The notes under the pieces are model-generated. The model ran no database searches and had not been told where the DNA came from. It saw only the letters and a program-made list of their open reading frames with translations. This document shows, one piece after another, positions 7,778 to 17,934 of a stretch of 64,000 nt of DNA. The DNA lies in the IMG/VR virus record IMGVR_UViG_3300043399_000877, positions 62,001 through 126,000 of that record. One strand, given 5' to 3'. Every line of letters begins with the position of its first letter. The first letter of the stretch is position 1. The position numbers and the translations under genes were made by a program.

Positions 7778-10469
7778 GTGAACATGTCTAAGTTTCAATT
7801 TGACAATGTAACGAAAACAACCAACATGGGCAGTCTAGGATTCAGATATGCCTTAACCGGTTGGTGTCTTAGAGATGAATACTTGGAGAAGATAAACATT
7901 CTTCGCGAGGTATTCGGTGAACCCAATCGTCGTCATCAGTTCGGTGGCATACAAAGATACGGACTCTGGTTGAGGGGCGGAAACGACCAGTTGGCGCGGT
8001 GGTTTGTGGGTCCGCGTAAATGGACTTCGCCACCGGGTAAAAATCGAGACCTCTACACTTTTGCATTTCGTTCAGAACGAGACAGACTACTGGCGAGCAT
8101 GATGATATGAAACGTCCTCAAACTGAAATCAGACCCATGGTGCGTATCGGCGCCGTAGACGCTGGCACTCGGTTTGCGAGCTATGTTTATAACGGTCGCA
8201 CCGGTGAAGCCCGAAAGGAGATCATGGCATCACTTACTGAAGCACAACGGGCTTGGCTTAAAGTTCGTCCCTGGGAGGCCCGTGTGGTTTCAGGAAATGG
8301 TACCAATGCGGTAATTTATGCTCGTATGGGGAAATACGGAAACTTTGAACGTGAAGAACTGATAGCACGGATATTGTTTAATGGATAAACGAATCGGATC
8401 CGGTCCCAGGCCGGTAACCACAATCTGGGTCACGAATTACTCGCTAATGCCGTGTCTGGATGTCTTGAGTCATTATATGACACAGAGCGAGCATGAGTTT
8501 ATAAGAAAAAGACCGAACCGTGTGATTCAGTCTGAAAGAACTTTGGTGCGGATTGACGAAACGAGTGGTGTGCAACACCAATACTTTTTGTATGATATCT
8601 GGATGGACCTGACACAACACGAAATCACCCTGGTTGCCCTAAAGTTTGGGTGGCGGGTTCCGTCATGACAAAACTGCTATTAGCACAACCAATAGCAGTT
8701 GAACAAGTATCGCTCCAGCAGCAATTAGGTTGGCTCGATCATAATCATTCATCGGATATTTACTGATGACTCTCGAAGTTGTACCTTTATCCGAACGTTT
8801 AGCATTGTGTGCGAAATGATATACGAATACAAAAACTGCCAGTATATGAATGGTCGGGTAAATCGGAAACGAATTAGAGACTTCTATGACCCCGCTGTTG
8901 AGTTTACAAGTCACAGCTATCATCCGATCTGGGGTAAAGAGTCTAAACATTTCATAATAATTAACTTTGCCAGCGAGTATCATCAACAAATATTCGAGCT
9001 AGAGTTTGGCAGAGCTGATCTAACCGAACTTGACGCTATTCCGGATATGGAGGCAGTAGGTAACTATGGATAAAGACCCCGCTGTTAGTTGTAAATTCTC
9101 TCGTGAAACATTTCATATACGCGATGGACTAACTCTACCGCAAATGAACTATCTACGCAAATACATCAATCGCGGATTGGTGCATGTTGAATATTCGTTT
9201 GGCAGATCCAGAGGTAGAAACATTTACAGTGCTGACCGAGTATACATAGTAAGTGTAGACCCCGCTGTTGGGGAAGTTGTTTTAACTGCAATACGACTTT
9301 TGTTGAGTGAGAACCTATTATGAAAGACCCCGCTGCTGACTGGAGGGAGAGTGTAATCGTTCCAAAAAGGCGTCGTATTATGTTTAGGTTGAAGGCGCCA
9401 TTTAACCGATTTCAAACCGACTTCGTACATCAGCGTATGAAACGTCTTGATTATGATCAGCATCCCCTGGCATCTGGTGGTTATGTTCTGGCATTTTGGC
9501 GGCCGCTTTCAGATCAGGAATTAACCACTCTCATGCTTTTACTGGCTGATACGATAACAGACATACTATATCCGGAAAATGCGAATGAGCCCGAAAACCC
9601 TTAAAGTAGCATATCGTACCAATACAGTATTGCCGATGCTTCTTAGCGGGCCTGCCCTCCGTGACTGGGTCATAGATACTGCAAAACCGGAACAACTGAG
9701 ATTTTTGAATAGAACTGATTGGATCGTTATATACGATTATACTGATCGATCAGCATACTTGCTTATTGATGTATTTTCCGAAAAACAAGCCACACTGGCA
9801 AATATATATTTCGGTTAAAACGCAGATAGCTGTTGACTTCACTACTGTTAGAGCATACTGTTAAGGTGTCGCTGAGCAGGGGCAGAAGATGTATCATTAT
9901 GGAACCATTCATCCCTTGCCAAAAGGGATAACCGTAAACCAGAGATTTATCTGTGTTAAGGCCTATAAACGGCTATGGATACAGGATGTGATCTCCGGTT
10001 ATTTGATTTACACCTATCCGGATTTTTTGAGACCCACGGACCGGACTCTCATGACCGAATTGGCTCGGAGGGCGAGTCTTCGCGGTCATTTGGATATTGC
10101 TGACATAATGGTATTCGAAGCCAAAACTCCACGCGCCCCGGGGTATCGTAAAAGACCCCCCGAGCACGAACCAGATTGGGAGCCATTACCATGAGAGTGA
10201 TAAAACTGGATCATCGATATACTATGTCCAAATACGGATTTACTCACGCAATCGAATGGACCAATATAACGAAATTGCGGCCCAATTCCAAGCCCTATAA
10301 AGACTTTTTTCGAATATCAGATATATGTCGATCTCAATTCGGTGAGAGTTGGTATCGATATCTTGGGACTGACGGTCGCTGGAGTGCCCAACGTGAAAAC
10401 GGTCGATCATTTGCCCGCATATACTTCAAAAGCGAGCGGATGATAACAATGGTTCAACTCTTGCTCTAA
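7778..10469 (+). CDS. Run of nine small (80-110 aa) hypothetical genes, most apparently from one divergent paralog family (7778-8110, 8107-8388, 8381-8668, 8807-9073, 9066-9323, 9320-9604, 9585-9818, 9889-10194, 10191-10469)
   Basis: Overlapping start/stop junctions; promoters at 7735 and 9833. Most share a C-terminal F-x-S-E-x(2-3)-T-hydrophobic-helix motif. Confidence 0.7.
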
Positions 10470-10525
10470 TCCTGCTTGACACGGGCGGCCGTGTATAGTA
10501 GTCAGGGGGCAGGAGGACAGGCAGC

Positions 10526-11000
10526 ATGGGCTATCAGCTAACAGACGAGCAGACGCGACGTGTCGCCGAGGGTGTGTTCAAATCCCTTTATTGGGATGAG
10601 TTCACCGGTGATCGTGATCGTTCTCCCTATGAGCCCTATACGGTTGAGGAATGCCGTGCGGGGGCCGAAGAACGACTCGACTGGATTCATAGCCATTGCA
10701 AGGATGGGTTCGGCGAACTGGAATCGTTCGCCAACTTTTTCTATGCTGCTGCTGACTATGATCGGGTAACCGATATGTGCAATGAAATGCTGAAACAAAA
10801 CTGGAAATGGGGATAACATGACCGAGCTCGTTGTTGAAAAAGTATCGCAAGTCGATCTTGAACCCACCTGGGAAGAAATCGAGATCCATGCTCACGATGA
10901 GGCGGTTTGGCAATCTCTGGAGTTCGACAGTCATTCCGACTGGGTTAACTTTTGCTGCATGATCGAAAACAACATGCGCCGCGAACGCGGCCTGATTTAA
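10526..11000 (+). CDS. Two small acidic hypothetical proteins (10526-10816, 10818-11000)
   Basis: Promoter at 10476; AGGAGG SD. Confidence 0.7.
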
Positions 11001-11067
11001 CCGAAAGACTGTTTGACAATGCTGACGCCAGCACATATAACTGGTGGACAAGACGAGGAGCAACGTC

Positions 11068-11802
11068 ATGAAAGCTGAATTTCACGGCCGGCTAATCATC
11101 GCGGGCGGTAATGCAAAAACCATCAAAGGTGATGGGCAAGGCTATCTTACGGCCATCATGTATCTGCGCCCGTGGCGCAACACGATCGACGGTGAGAGCC
11201 GCAATGTCTGCGCCAACGCCGAACTGGCTCAGTGCCATGTGGGCTGTTTGAACACCGCCGGTCGCGGCAAACAGAATAATGTCCAGAACTGGCGCATGGG
11301 CAAGACCGAACGTTTCTGGAAGGACCGCGACGGGTTTATGGCTGACCTCATTAACGACCTTCGAGTGTTCCAGAACAAGTGTCGGAAACTGGGTCTGCAA
11401 CCGTGCGTGAGGCTGAACGGCACCAGCGATATTCGCTGGGAGCTCATCCGTTTCAACGGACTGACGGTGTTTGAGCATTATCCGGACATTCAGTTTTACG
11501 ACTACACCAAGATCGCGAACCGTAAGACTGACTCAATCCCCAACTACGATCTCACGTTCAGTTATAGCGGCGCGAGTTCGGCATACCTTCGACAGGTGGA
11601 GATTGCGCGGGCGCGTGGTATGAACATCGCTGTGGTGTTCCGCAATCGCAAACAGATCCCCACCGAGTTTCTGGGACTGCCGGTTGTGGACGGTGACCGT
11701 GACGACCTGCGGTTTCTGGATCCCAAACAATCGGTCGTGGCACTGTATGCCAAAGGTCGTGCCAAACAAGATCAAACTGGATTCGTGGTGGACGTCAAAT
11801 GA
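11068..11802 (+). CDS. Phage Gp88-like protein (Cys-rich, radical-SAM-like fold)
   Basis: Motifs VCANA..CHVGCLNTAGRG, VRLNGTSDIRWE, FYDYTK, DGDRDDLRFLD and LYAKGRAK; promoter and SD present. Confidence 0.7.
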   Translation: MKAEFHGRLIIAGGNAKTIKGDGQGYLTAIMYLRPWRNTIDGESRNVCANAELAQCHVGCLNTAGRGKQNNVQNWRMGKTERFWKDRDGFMADLINDLRVFQNKCRKLGLQPCVRLNGTSDIRWELIRFNGLTVFEHYPDIQFYDYTKIANRKTDSIPNYDLTFSYSGASSAYLRQVEIARARGMNIAVVFRNRKQIPTEFLGLPVVDGDRDDLRFLDPKQSVVALYAKGRAKQDQTGFVVDVK

Positions 11803-13362
11803 GCGTAGAACCCTGCTGTCAGGACGAGAAAAACTGGATTCACATTCGGAGTCCGCAATGTTTCGAAACTGCGGAACACTTCGAACGAGATGTTCAGGAA
11901 GATGATTATCACTTCTACTTTTATCTCGAAATCCACTATTGCCGCGAGTGCGGCCGTGTCCTGCGACCGATGCGAGCGGAACTGTTCGAAACCGAGTATG
12001 TTGAGGACATCATCAGCACCGCAGAAGAACGCATGGCTGAGATCGAAAATCATCTAGACTGGGTGGACACCCATGTTCAGTCCATGCCGATTCCCGAGGG
12101 AAACCAGAAGTTGACCTACAATCTTCACAATCGGATTAACGAATTAAGTGAAACAATTCGTGACGAGTTAACCGACTTAGGTATTTTACGGGCTTGACAC
12201 TGTCCTGCACTTCTGCTAGACCGTGCTGGTAACAACGGAGAAGACAGATGGCAGCTTATGTGATCTATCACCGCGACACCACTCGGCTGGCACGGCGCGC
12301 CAACGGTGACGAATATTTTGCATCCGAGGCGGCAGCCAAGCGGCACCGCACTCGCTACCTGAATGACCAGGACTACCTGATCAGTGAGGCAGTCAACTTT
12401 CACGACAACATCGAACAGGTTGTGGCCCGGGTCAACATCCGGACCGGACAGACCTACATGGAGCCGGTCAATACTCCGAACTATATGAGCCCGGCTTCGG
12501 AAGCATATTGGCAAATGTGAGGACCGATGGGATATTATACCGATTACACTGTTGAAGCCCGTGGCTTCAAAAAACAAGACGAAGCCGAATTTTTCGCCTT
12601 CAAACTGGTGCAGAAAGGCGTTGTCAACAGTTCCACGCGGTTTCATTATGGCCAACTGGGTTCAGATTTTTCGGCTCAGTTCGAAGTTCACGAAACCAAA
12701 TGGTATGACTACGCGGATGACCTCCGGACTGCCAGCCTCTGGTTCCCGCACATCACGATCGATGTCGAAGGGTCCGGAGAGGAGAACGGCGATCAATGGC
12801 GCCACCGTTTCAGAAACGGTGAACACGAGCGGGTCGAGGCGGTCATCAGCTTTCCGGACTTTAAGGTGATCCGGTGAGCGACTATCGTGTAAGAAAATTC
12901 CAATACGACGAACCGGACGGGTTTTGCCGTATGGTTTGGGTTCGCTGGGGCAGGACCCAGGAAGAGGCTGATCGTATTGTGCGAGAGGACACCGGAGCAG
13001 ACCCCGAGTGGACTGTCCAGGTTGATGAGTATCGTGGTCCATACTGGCAGCACCGAACCGGGCTTGATGAGTTCGATCTCAAAAAATTTAGTTCGGTAGT
13101 TTAACAAAAAAACCAAAATAGTTGTTGACGGCAAGAACGTTAGATGCTATAAACAACTGGTAAACAACGCAAAACAGGAAAGCAAATGCAAGGTTACAAG
13201 ATCGTTTTTGAAAACACGGCTGGCGCGGCTGTCGACGAGCTGGACTTCGGAAACATCCGCAAGGCCCGCGAAGTTTTTGAAGCCCTGGTGCTGAAAGACT
13301 TTGCTCGGGCGATCCTGATGCAGGAGGACGGCACCACGCTGGACTCCAAGGTGCGGGCATAA
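11799..13362 (+). CDS. Five small hypothetical proteins (11799-12197, 12248-12520, 12527-12877, 12874-13104, 13186-13362)
   Basis: SDs and promoters at 12194 and 13125. The last gene (58 aa, MQGYKIVFE...) was found by manual translation. Confidence 0.7.
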
Positions 13363-13374
13363 CGCCCGCCATTT

Positions 13375-13451
13375 GGGGGATTAGCTCAATTGGTTAGAGC
13401 GCCGGACTCATAATCCGTAGGTTGCTGGTTCAAGTCCTGCATCCCCTACCA
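13375..13451 (+). tRNA. tRNA with CAT anticodon, probably Ile2 (lysidine type) rather than Met
   Basis: Cloverleaf: GGGGGAT/ATCCCCT acceptor stem, CT-CAT-AA loop, TTCAAGT T-loop, encoded CCA. The T arm resembles that of bacterial Ile2. Confidence 0.9.
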
Positions 13452-13455
13452 AAAT

Positions 13456-13538
13456 GGCCCCGTGGTGGAATGGTAGACACTGAAGACTTAAAATCTTCTG
13501 CCAATGGCGTGCCGGTTCGAGTCCGGCCGGGGCTACCA
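13456..13538 (+). tRNA. tRNA-Leu(TAA)
   Basis: GGCCCCG/CGGGGCT acceptor stem, CT-TAA-AA loop, long variable arm, encoded CCA. Confidence 0.93.
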
Positions 13539-13623
13539 TGTCTTTGACGATCACATCAGTCTTCGACGGAGGATCTTCAAAATAAAGTAAATATTGAAGC
13601 CCGTGGTGTGATCTTCTAAGACA
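13539..13623 (+). ncRNA. Candidate structured small RNA within the tRNA cluster
   Basis: TGTCTT/AAGACA and GATCACATCA/TGGTGTGATC closing helices, with an internal CTTCAA/TTGAAG hairpin. Confidence 0.4.
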
Positions 13624-13626
13624 TTC

Positions 13627-13656
13627 GGTTCCTTAGCTCAGCTGGATAGAGCAACT
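13627..13656 (+). pseudogene. 5' remnant of a tRNA (Arg-like)
   Basis: GGTTCCTTAGCTCAGCTGGATAGAGCAACT gives the 5' acceptor strand and D arm, then breaks off into GATAAATAC. Confidence 0.75.
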
Positions 13657-13674
13657 AGATAAATACTTTAAGAC

Positions 13675-13749
13675 GCCTCCGTGGTGAAAGGGATATCACA
13701 CGGGTCTTCTAAACCCAGGTTAGAGGTTCGAATCCTCTCGGGGGCGCCA
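13675..13749 (+). tRNA. tRNA-Arg(TCT)
   Basis: GCCTCCG/CGGGGGC acceptor stem, CT-TCT-AA loop, AGAGG-TTCGAAT-CCTCT T arm, encoded CCA. Confidence 0.9.
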
Positions 13750-13763
13750 ATTAAAGTATTAGT

Positions 13764-14564
13764 ATGAAAAAAGAAATATGTATTAAATGTGGTGGTCAGT
13801 TTTCGTTAAAAGGTGGAAACTTTTCTAGACATGTGAAATCCTGCAATGGCGTTAAAAAGGCCACTGTTCCAAAAGGAACCTGCGTCCATTGTTTTGAGGT
13901 TTTTGATTTAATTGATAAGCCCAAAGGTTGGATGGCAAACCATACCAGATGGTGTTCAAAAAATCCAAAACGAGAAGCGTATGTCGAAGCATTGATTTCG
14001 GGCAGCGGTAAAAACAATGTTACTCTCATGAACGAAAGCCGTAAACGGTCTGGCATCGTGAATCAATATGCAAAAGCAAAACTTTTAGGAAAACCGATAC
14101 CAGAAAACCCCGGAAAGGGAAAACCCGGGGTTCTTGGAAGAAGACATTCTGATAAAACTCGCGCCATCATTAGCCAAAAAGCCTTAGCTTCGAAACACCG
14201 ACGGTTAAAAAAGAATACTATATGGTATAATGGAGTTCTTTTGGATTCATCTTGGGAAGTCGAACTAGCCAAGAGACTGGACTACCTGGGTATCCGATGG
14301 ACTAGGCCCGATCCAATCCGGTGGACAGACGGAGACGAGGTCGAACACAACTACTTTCCGGACTTTTATTTGCCGGATTATGATTTATATCTAGATCCTA
14401 AAAACCCGCAAGCGATGAAAAGCCAACAGGAAAAACTGAAATACCTGTTGACGCAACACAAGAACGTCGTTATATTGCGAACATTAGGCGAGTGCAGGAG
14501 TTTTAGCCTGCAGGGACCGCCACCGTCATATCCCCACTTGTGCGTGGAAGGGGGTATGGTTTAA
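13764..14564 (+). CDS. Putative free-standing homing endonuclease (Zn fingers, NUMOD3-like motif, PD-(D/E)xK domain)
   Basis: CxxC...HxxxC motifs, GRRHSDKTRAIIS, and LDSSWE...YFPDFYL...YLDPK; AT-rich relative to neighbours. Confidence 0.75.
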   Translation: MKKEICIKCGGQFSLKGGNFSRHVKSCNGVKKATVPKGTCVHCFEVFDLIDKPKGWMANHTRWCSKNPKREAYVEALISGSGKNNVTLMNESRKRSGIVNQYAKAKLLGKPIPENPGKGKPGVLGRRHSDKTRAIISQKALASKHRRLKKNTIWYNGVLLDSSWEVELAKRLDYLGIRWTRPDPIRWTDGDEVEHNYFPDFYLPDYDLYLDPKNPQAMKSQQEKLKYLLTQHKNVVILRTLGECRSFSLQGPPPSYPHLCVEGGMV

Positions 14565-14634
14565 CAGAAACGCTCTGTGACTCCGACCTTTGCCAGTTAT
14601 AGGATGTCGCATAAAGGTTGAAACTTGGCTTAAT

Positions 14635-14666
14635 AAGAAGGTGGTATGGCAACATACCACCTTCTT
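14635..14666. terminator. Perfect 14-bp hairpin with GCAA loop
   Basis: AAGAAGGTGGTATG-GCAA-CATACCACCTTCTT. Confidence 0.75.
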
Positions 14667-14727
14667 CCTTGACTCGCATGTCTACGTCTGCTAAGATGAC
14701 AGAACAGACACAACCCAAGAGGACAGA

Positions 14728-15339
14728 ATGTCTAAGAAAAAGATGACCGGGCTGCACACTGGGACCATCGAACGTTGGATGAAACAGTTTGCTGGTGATC
14801 TGGATCTCGAGCCTCATTTTGAGAAGTTTCGGACGCTGTCCGAAACTCGTGCGCGACACGCTCGTGAAATCCATGCACTGGATACCGAATACTCACAAGG
14901 TGATATGACCAAACGCGAATACCGTGAACGCAAGAATCCGTTGGACTCGGTTATGAAGGGCATCAAGCCTCGTATGCGAAAACAATTTGACGTCATGGTC
15001 TCGCATATCCTGCTCAAAGGCATCGATTGCCGTTGCTATATTTGCGGTGACCGACTACAGGGTGACGAACCGCACAACCGTGATCATGTGTTTCCCAAAG
15101 TGATGGGCTTCGGCATCGGCGGAAATATGATGCCGGCCCATTATGAATGCAACCAGAACAAAGACAGCCGCTTCCCGTATGAATATGAAGTGGAATTGGC
15201 GGTTGCAGCATATGAGCATGCCGGGATGCCGTTTCATCCGCGTATGGGGCGGCGGAGTATTGCTGAATACGATCAGCGATACTGGGACATCATTCGTCGG
15301 CAAACCAGCTTCGAATACATTCATAGGATTGTGGAATAA
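14728..15339 (+). CDS. HNH-domain protein
   Basis: CYICG...RDHVFPKVMG...NMMPAHYECNQNK. Confidence 0.75.
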   Translation: MSKKKMTGLHTGTIERWMKQFAGDLDLEPHFEKFRTLSETRARHAREIHALDTEYSQGDMTKREYRERKNPLDSVMKGIKPRMRKQFDVMVSHILLKGIDCRCYICGDRLQGDEPHNRDHVFPKVMGFGIGGNMMPAHYECNQNKDSRFPYEYEVELAVAAYEHAGMPFHPRMGRRSIAEYDQRYWDIIRRQTSFEYIHRIVE

Positions 15340-15497
15340 TGGAAATTCTCATCGGACTGATCGTTGTGCTGGTATTGGTCGGTATCTTCGGATACATGAT
15401 CAAGATGGTTATCAATTTTTTCTGGCTGTTGATCAGCAGCCCCATGGTGTGGTTGATTCTGATTATCATTGCCTTGCTGATGTCACATTTTGTCTAA
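15339..15497 (+). CDS. Small two-helix membrane protein (52 aa)
   Basis: Manual translation: MEILIGLIVVLVLVGIFGYMIKMVINFFWLLISSPMVWLILIIIALLMSHFV. Confidence 0.6.
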   Translation: MEILIGLIVVLVLVGIFGYMIKMVINFFWLLISSPMVWLILIIIALLMSHFV

Positions 15498-15569
15498 GGC
15501 AACCAAAGAAAGCCGTTGACATTGTCAGTGACAGAGCGTATAAGAACAGGACACAAGATAGGAGACAAC

Positions 15570-16634
15570 ATGACGAAGATCCGTTTCAACCACGGTGAGT
15601 TTACGCATCGCGGCCAACATCTGAACCTTGCCGGTGTTGTGGCTACGATGACCAAGCCTTTCACTGTGGGCGTCAATGGGGCCTATGTGACTGTTGACGG
15701 CAGTCAGCTTCCGGGCTATCCGGAGCGCAACATTCGCATTCGCGTAAACGGCCGCGAAGATTATGAAGTTATCGAGGGCGTCGAGCCCGTGCGTGTGGGC
15801 GCTGCACCGGCGGCTGTAATGGCGTTCACTGCCGCAGAGCCCGTCGAACCGCCGCGTGTTGAGACCGATGACGAGATCATCGATCGTATGCGTCGTCGTT
15901 TCGAAGAGCTTACTGAAATGACCAAAGCTATCAAGCGCGGCGATGTGCGCGGACTGATCGTGTCGGGGCCGCCCGGCGTGGGCAAGTCGCACGGCATTGA
16001 AGAAGTCCTTGAGCGTTATGACGTCGTCGCTGCCCTGGGGCATCAGCCGCCCGTCTACGAGGTCGTCAAGGGTGCGACGAGTGCGTTGGGCCTCTACTGT
16101 AAGCTCTACGAGTTCAGCGCCCCGGACAACGTCGTGGTGTTCGATGACTGCGACAGCGTCTTGTTTGACGAAGTCGGTCTCAACATTCTCAAGGCGGCGC
16201 TGGACAGCAAGCGGACTCGCCGACTCAGCTGGAATACCGACAGCAACAAACTCCGGACCGAAGGCATTCCCAACAGCTTCGAGTTCCAGGGCTCGGTGAT
16301 CTTTGTTACCAACATCAAGTTCGACTCGGTGCGTAGCAACCGGCTTCGTGATCACTTGATGGCGCTCGAGTCGCGCTGCCACTACATTGACCTGACTATC
16401 GATACCACTCGCGAGAAGATGCTGCGTATCCGGCAAGTGGTGGGCGACGGCATGCTCAGTGACTACCGACTGTCGCAGGACACCAAGGACGCGATTGTCG
16501 AGTTCGTGGACACCAACAAGGATCGGCTGCGCGAGGTTAGCTTGCGGACCGTTTGCAAGGCTGCGGACTTGGCGCAGGCGTTCCCGAACAATTGGCAGAG
16601 CATGGCTGAGACCACGCTTATGCGGCGGGGGTGA
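15570..16634 (+). CDS. AAA+ ATPase
   Basis: Walker A GPPGVGKS, Walker B VVVFDD, sensor TN, ALESR; SD and promoter at 15516. Confidence 0.85.
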   Translation: MTKIRFNHGEFTHRGQHLNLAGVVATMTKPFTVGVNGAYVTVDGSQLPGYPERNIRIRVNGREDYEVIEGVEPVRVGAAPAAVMAFTAAEPVEPPRVETDDEIIDRMRRRFEELTEMTKAIKRGDVRGLIVSGPPGVGKSHGIEEVLERYDVVAALGHQPPVYEVVKGATSALGLYCKLYEFSAPDNVVVFDDCDSVLFDEVGLNILKAALDSKRTRRLSWNTDSNKLRTEGIPNSFEFQGSVIFVTNIKFDSVRSNRLRDHLMALESRCHYIDLTIDTTREKMLRIRQVVGDGMLSDYRLSQDTKDAIVEFVDTNKDRLREVSLRTVCKAADLAQAFPNNWQSMAETTLMRRG

Positions 16635-16692
16635 AAAAGTGTTTGACATGCCTGCCTTCTTCAACTATACCACAGACAAATAGGAGGCAGGC

Positions 16693-17922
16693 ATGAAGAC
16701 ATACTTAGTAGGTGGGGCTGTCAGAGACATGCTGATGGGCATGGACCCCAAAGATCGTGACTATGTGGTGGTGGGCGCATCGGCTGCACAGATGATTGCC
16801 GATGGTTTTGAGCGCGTGGGCGCAGAGTTTCCGGTGTTCCTGCATCCCGGAACCGGCGAGGAATATGCGCTGGCAAGAACCGAGCGCAAGACCGGTTCCG
16901 GCTACACGGGCTTCTCGACGGAGTTCGGTCCAGACGTGACGCTGGAGCAAGACCTGGCGCGGCGTGACCTGACCATCAACAGCATTGCCTATGACGTGTC
17001 CGGTTACGGCGGATATATCGATCCGTTCGGTGGCGAAGATGACATCCGGAATCGTATGCTGCGGCATACTTCGGATGCCTTCGCAGAAGATCCGGTTCGT
17101 GTGCTGCGGCTGGCGCGTTTTCGTGCCAGACTGGGGCCGACCTGGGTCATTGCACCCGAGACAGTTGAACTGATCTCCAAGATGGCCAAGAGCGGTGTGC
17201 TGACAGAGCTGACTGCTGAACGCGTCTGGAAGGAAATGAGCCGAGCGCTGATGGAACCGTATGCGCGTCTGTTCTTCGATACGCTGATGGAGACCGATTC
17301 GCTGCATGTGATCTTTCCGGAAGTGTATCGACTGAAGACTGCTCTGGAAGCGCGTCGTTGGCATCCGGAAGGTGACGCTTACGAGCATACCATGCTGGTG
17401 CTGTCGCAGGCTGTGGAGTTTGGATTCGATCTCGAGACTCGTATGGCTGCACTGGTTCACGATTTCGGCAAGGCAGCAACTCCGCGAGATCGGTTGCCCC
17501 GACATCACGGGCACGAGGTCACAGGTGTTCCGATTGTTGAAAACTTCTGCAAGCGGCTGCGGGTGCCCAGCACCATGCAGACCAGACTGCCGCGAGTGAC
17601 CAGATACCATATGCACATGCATCGTCTGGATGAGCTGAAATCGTCTACCGTTGTTGACATGTTCGAACGGATGGACGCCTTCCGGGATCTTCCGGTAGTC
17701 ACTCTGCTGTGGCAACTGGCTATCTGCGACGAGCGTGGCAGACTGGGTTCGGAGAATGCCGAGTTCGGACAGCTGTCCCAGATCCTTTACATGCAAGACG
17801 CAGCCCGTTCTGTTCGGTTTGTGGACGTGTTCCCTAGCGGTGAACCGGATCACACAAAAATCCGATCCGGTATGCACCGAGTCCGTGTGGCGGCTGTCCA
17901 AAATCAACGAAACTCCAAATAA
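16693..17922 (+). CDS. cca: Multifunctional CCA-adding tRNA nucleotidyltransferase with HD domain
   Basis: YLVGGAVRD, DRDYVV, EYALARTERK, DLARRDLTIN, EDPVRVLR, HPEGD..EH, LVHDFGK. Confidence 0.95.
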   Translation: MKTYLVGGAVRDMLMGMDPKDRDYVVVGASAAQMIADGFERVGAEFPVFLHPGTGEEYALARTERKTGSGYTGFSTEFGPDVTLEQDLARRDLTINSIAYDVSGYGGYIDPFGGEDDIRNRMLRHTSDAFAEDPVRVLRLARFRARLGPTWVIAPETVELISKMAKSGVLTELTAERVWKEMSRALMEPYARLFFDTLMETDSLHVIFPEVYRLKTALEARRWHPEGDAYEHTMLVLSQAVEFGFDLETRMAALVHDFGKAATPRDRLPRHHGHEVTGVPIVENFCKRLRVPSTMQTRLPRVTRYHMHMHRLDELKSSTVVDMFERMDAFRDLPVVTLLWQLAICDERGRLGSENAEFGQLSQILYMQDAARSVRFVDVFPSGEPDHTKIRSGMHRVRVAAVQNQRNSK

Positions 17923-17934
17923 GAGAACACCGGA

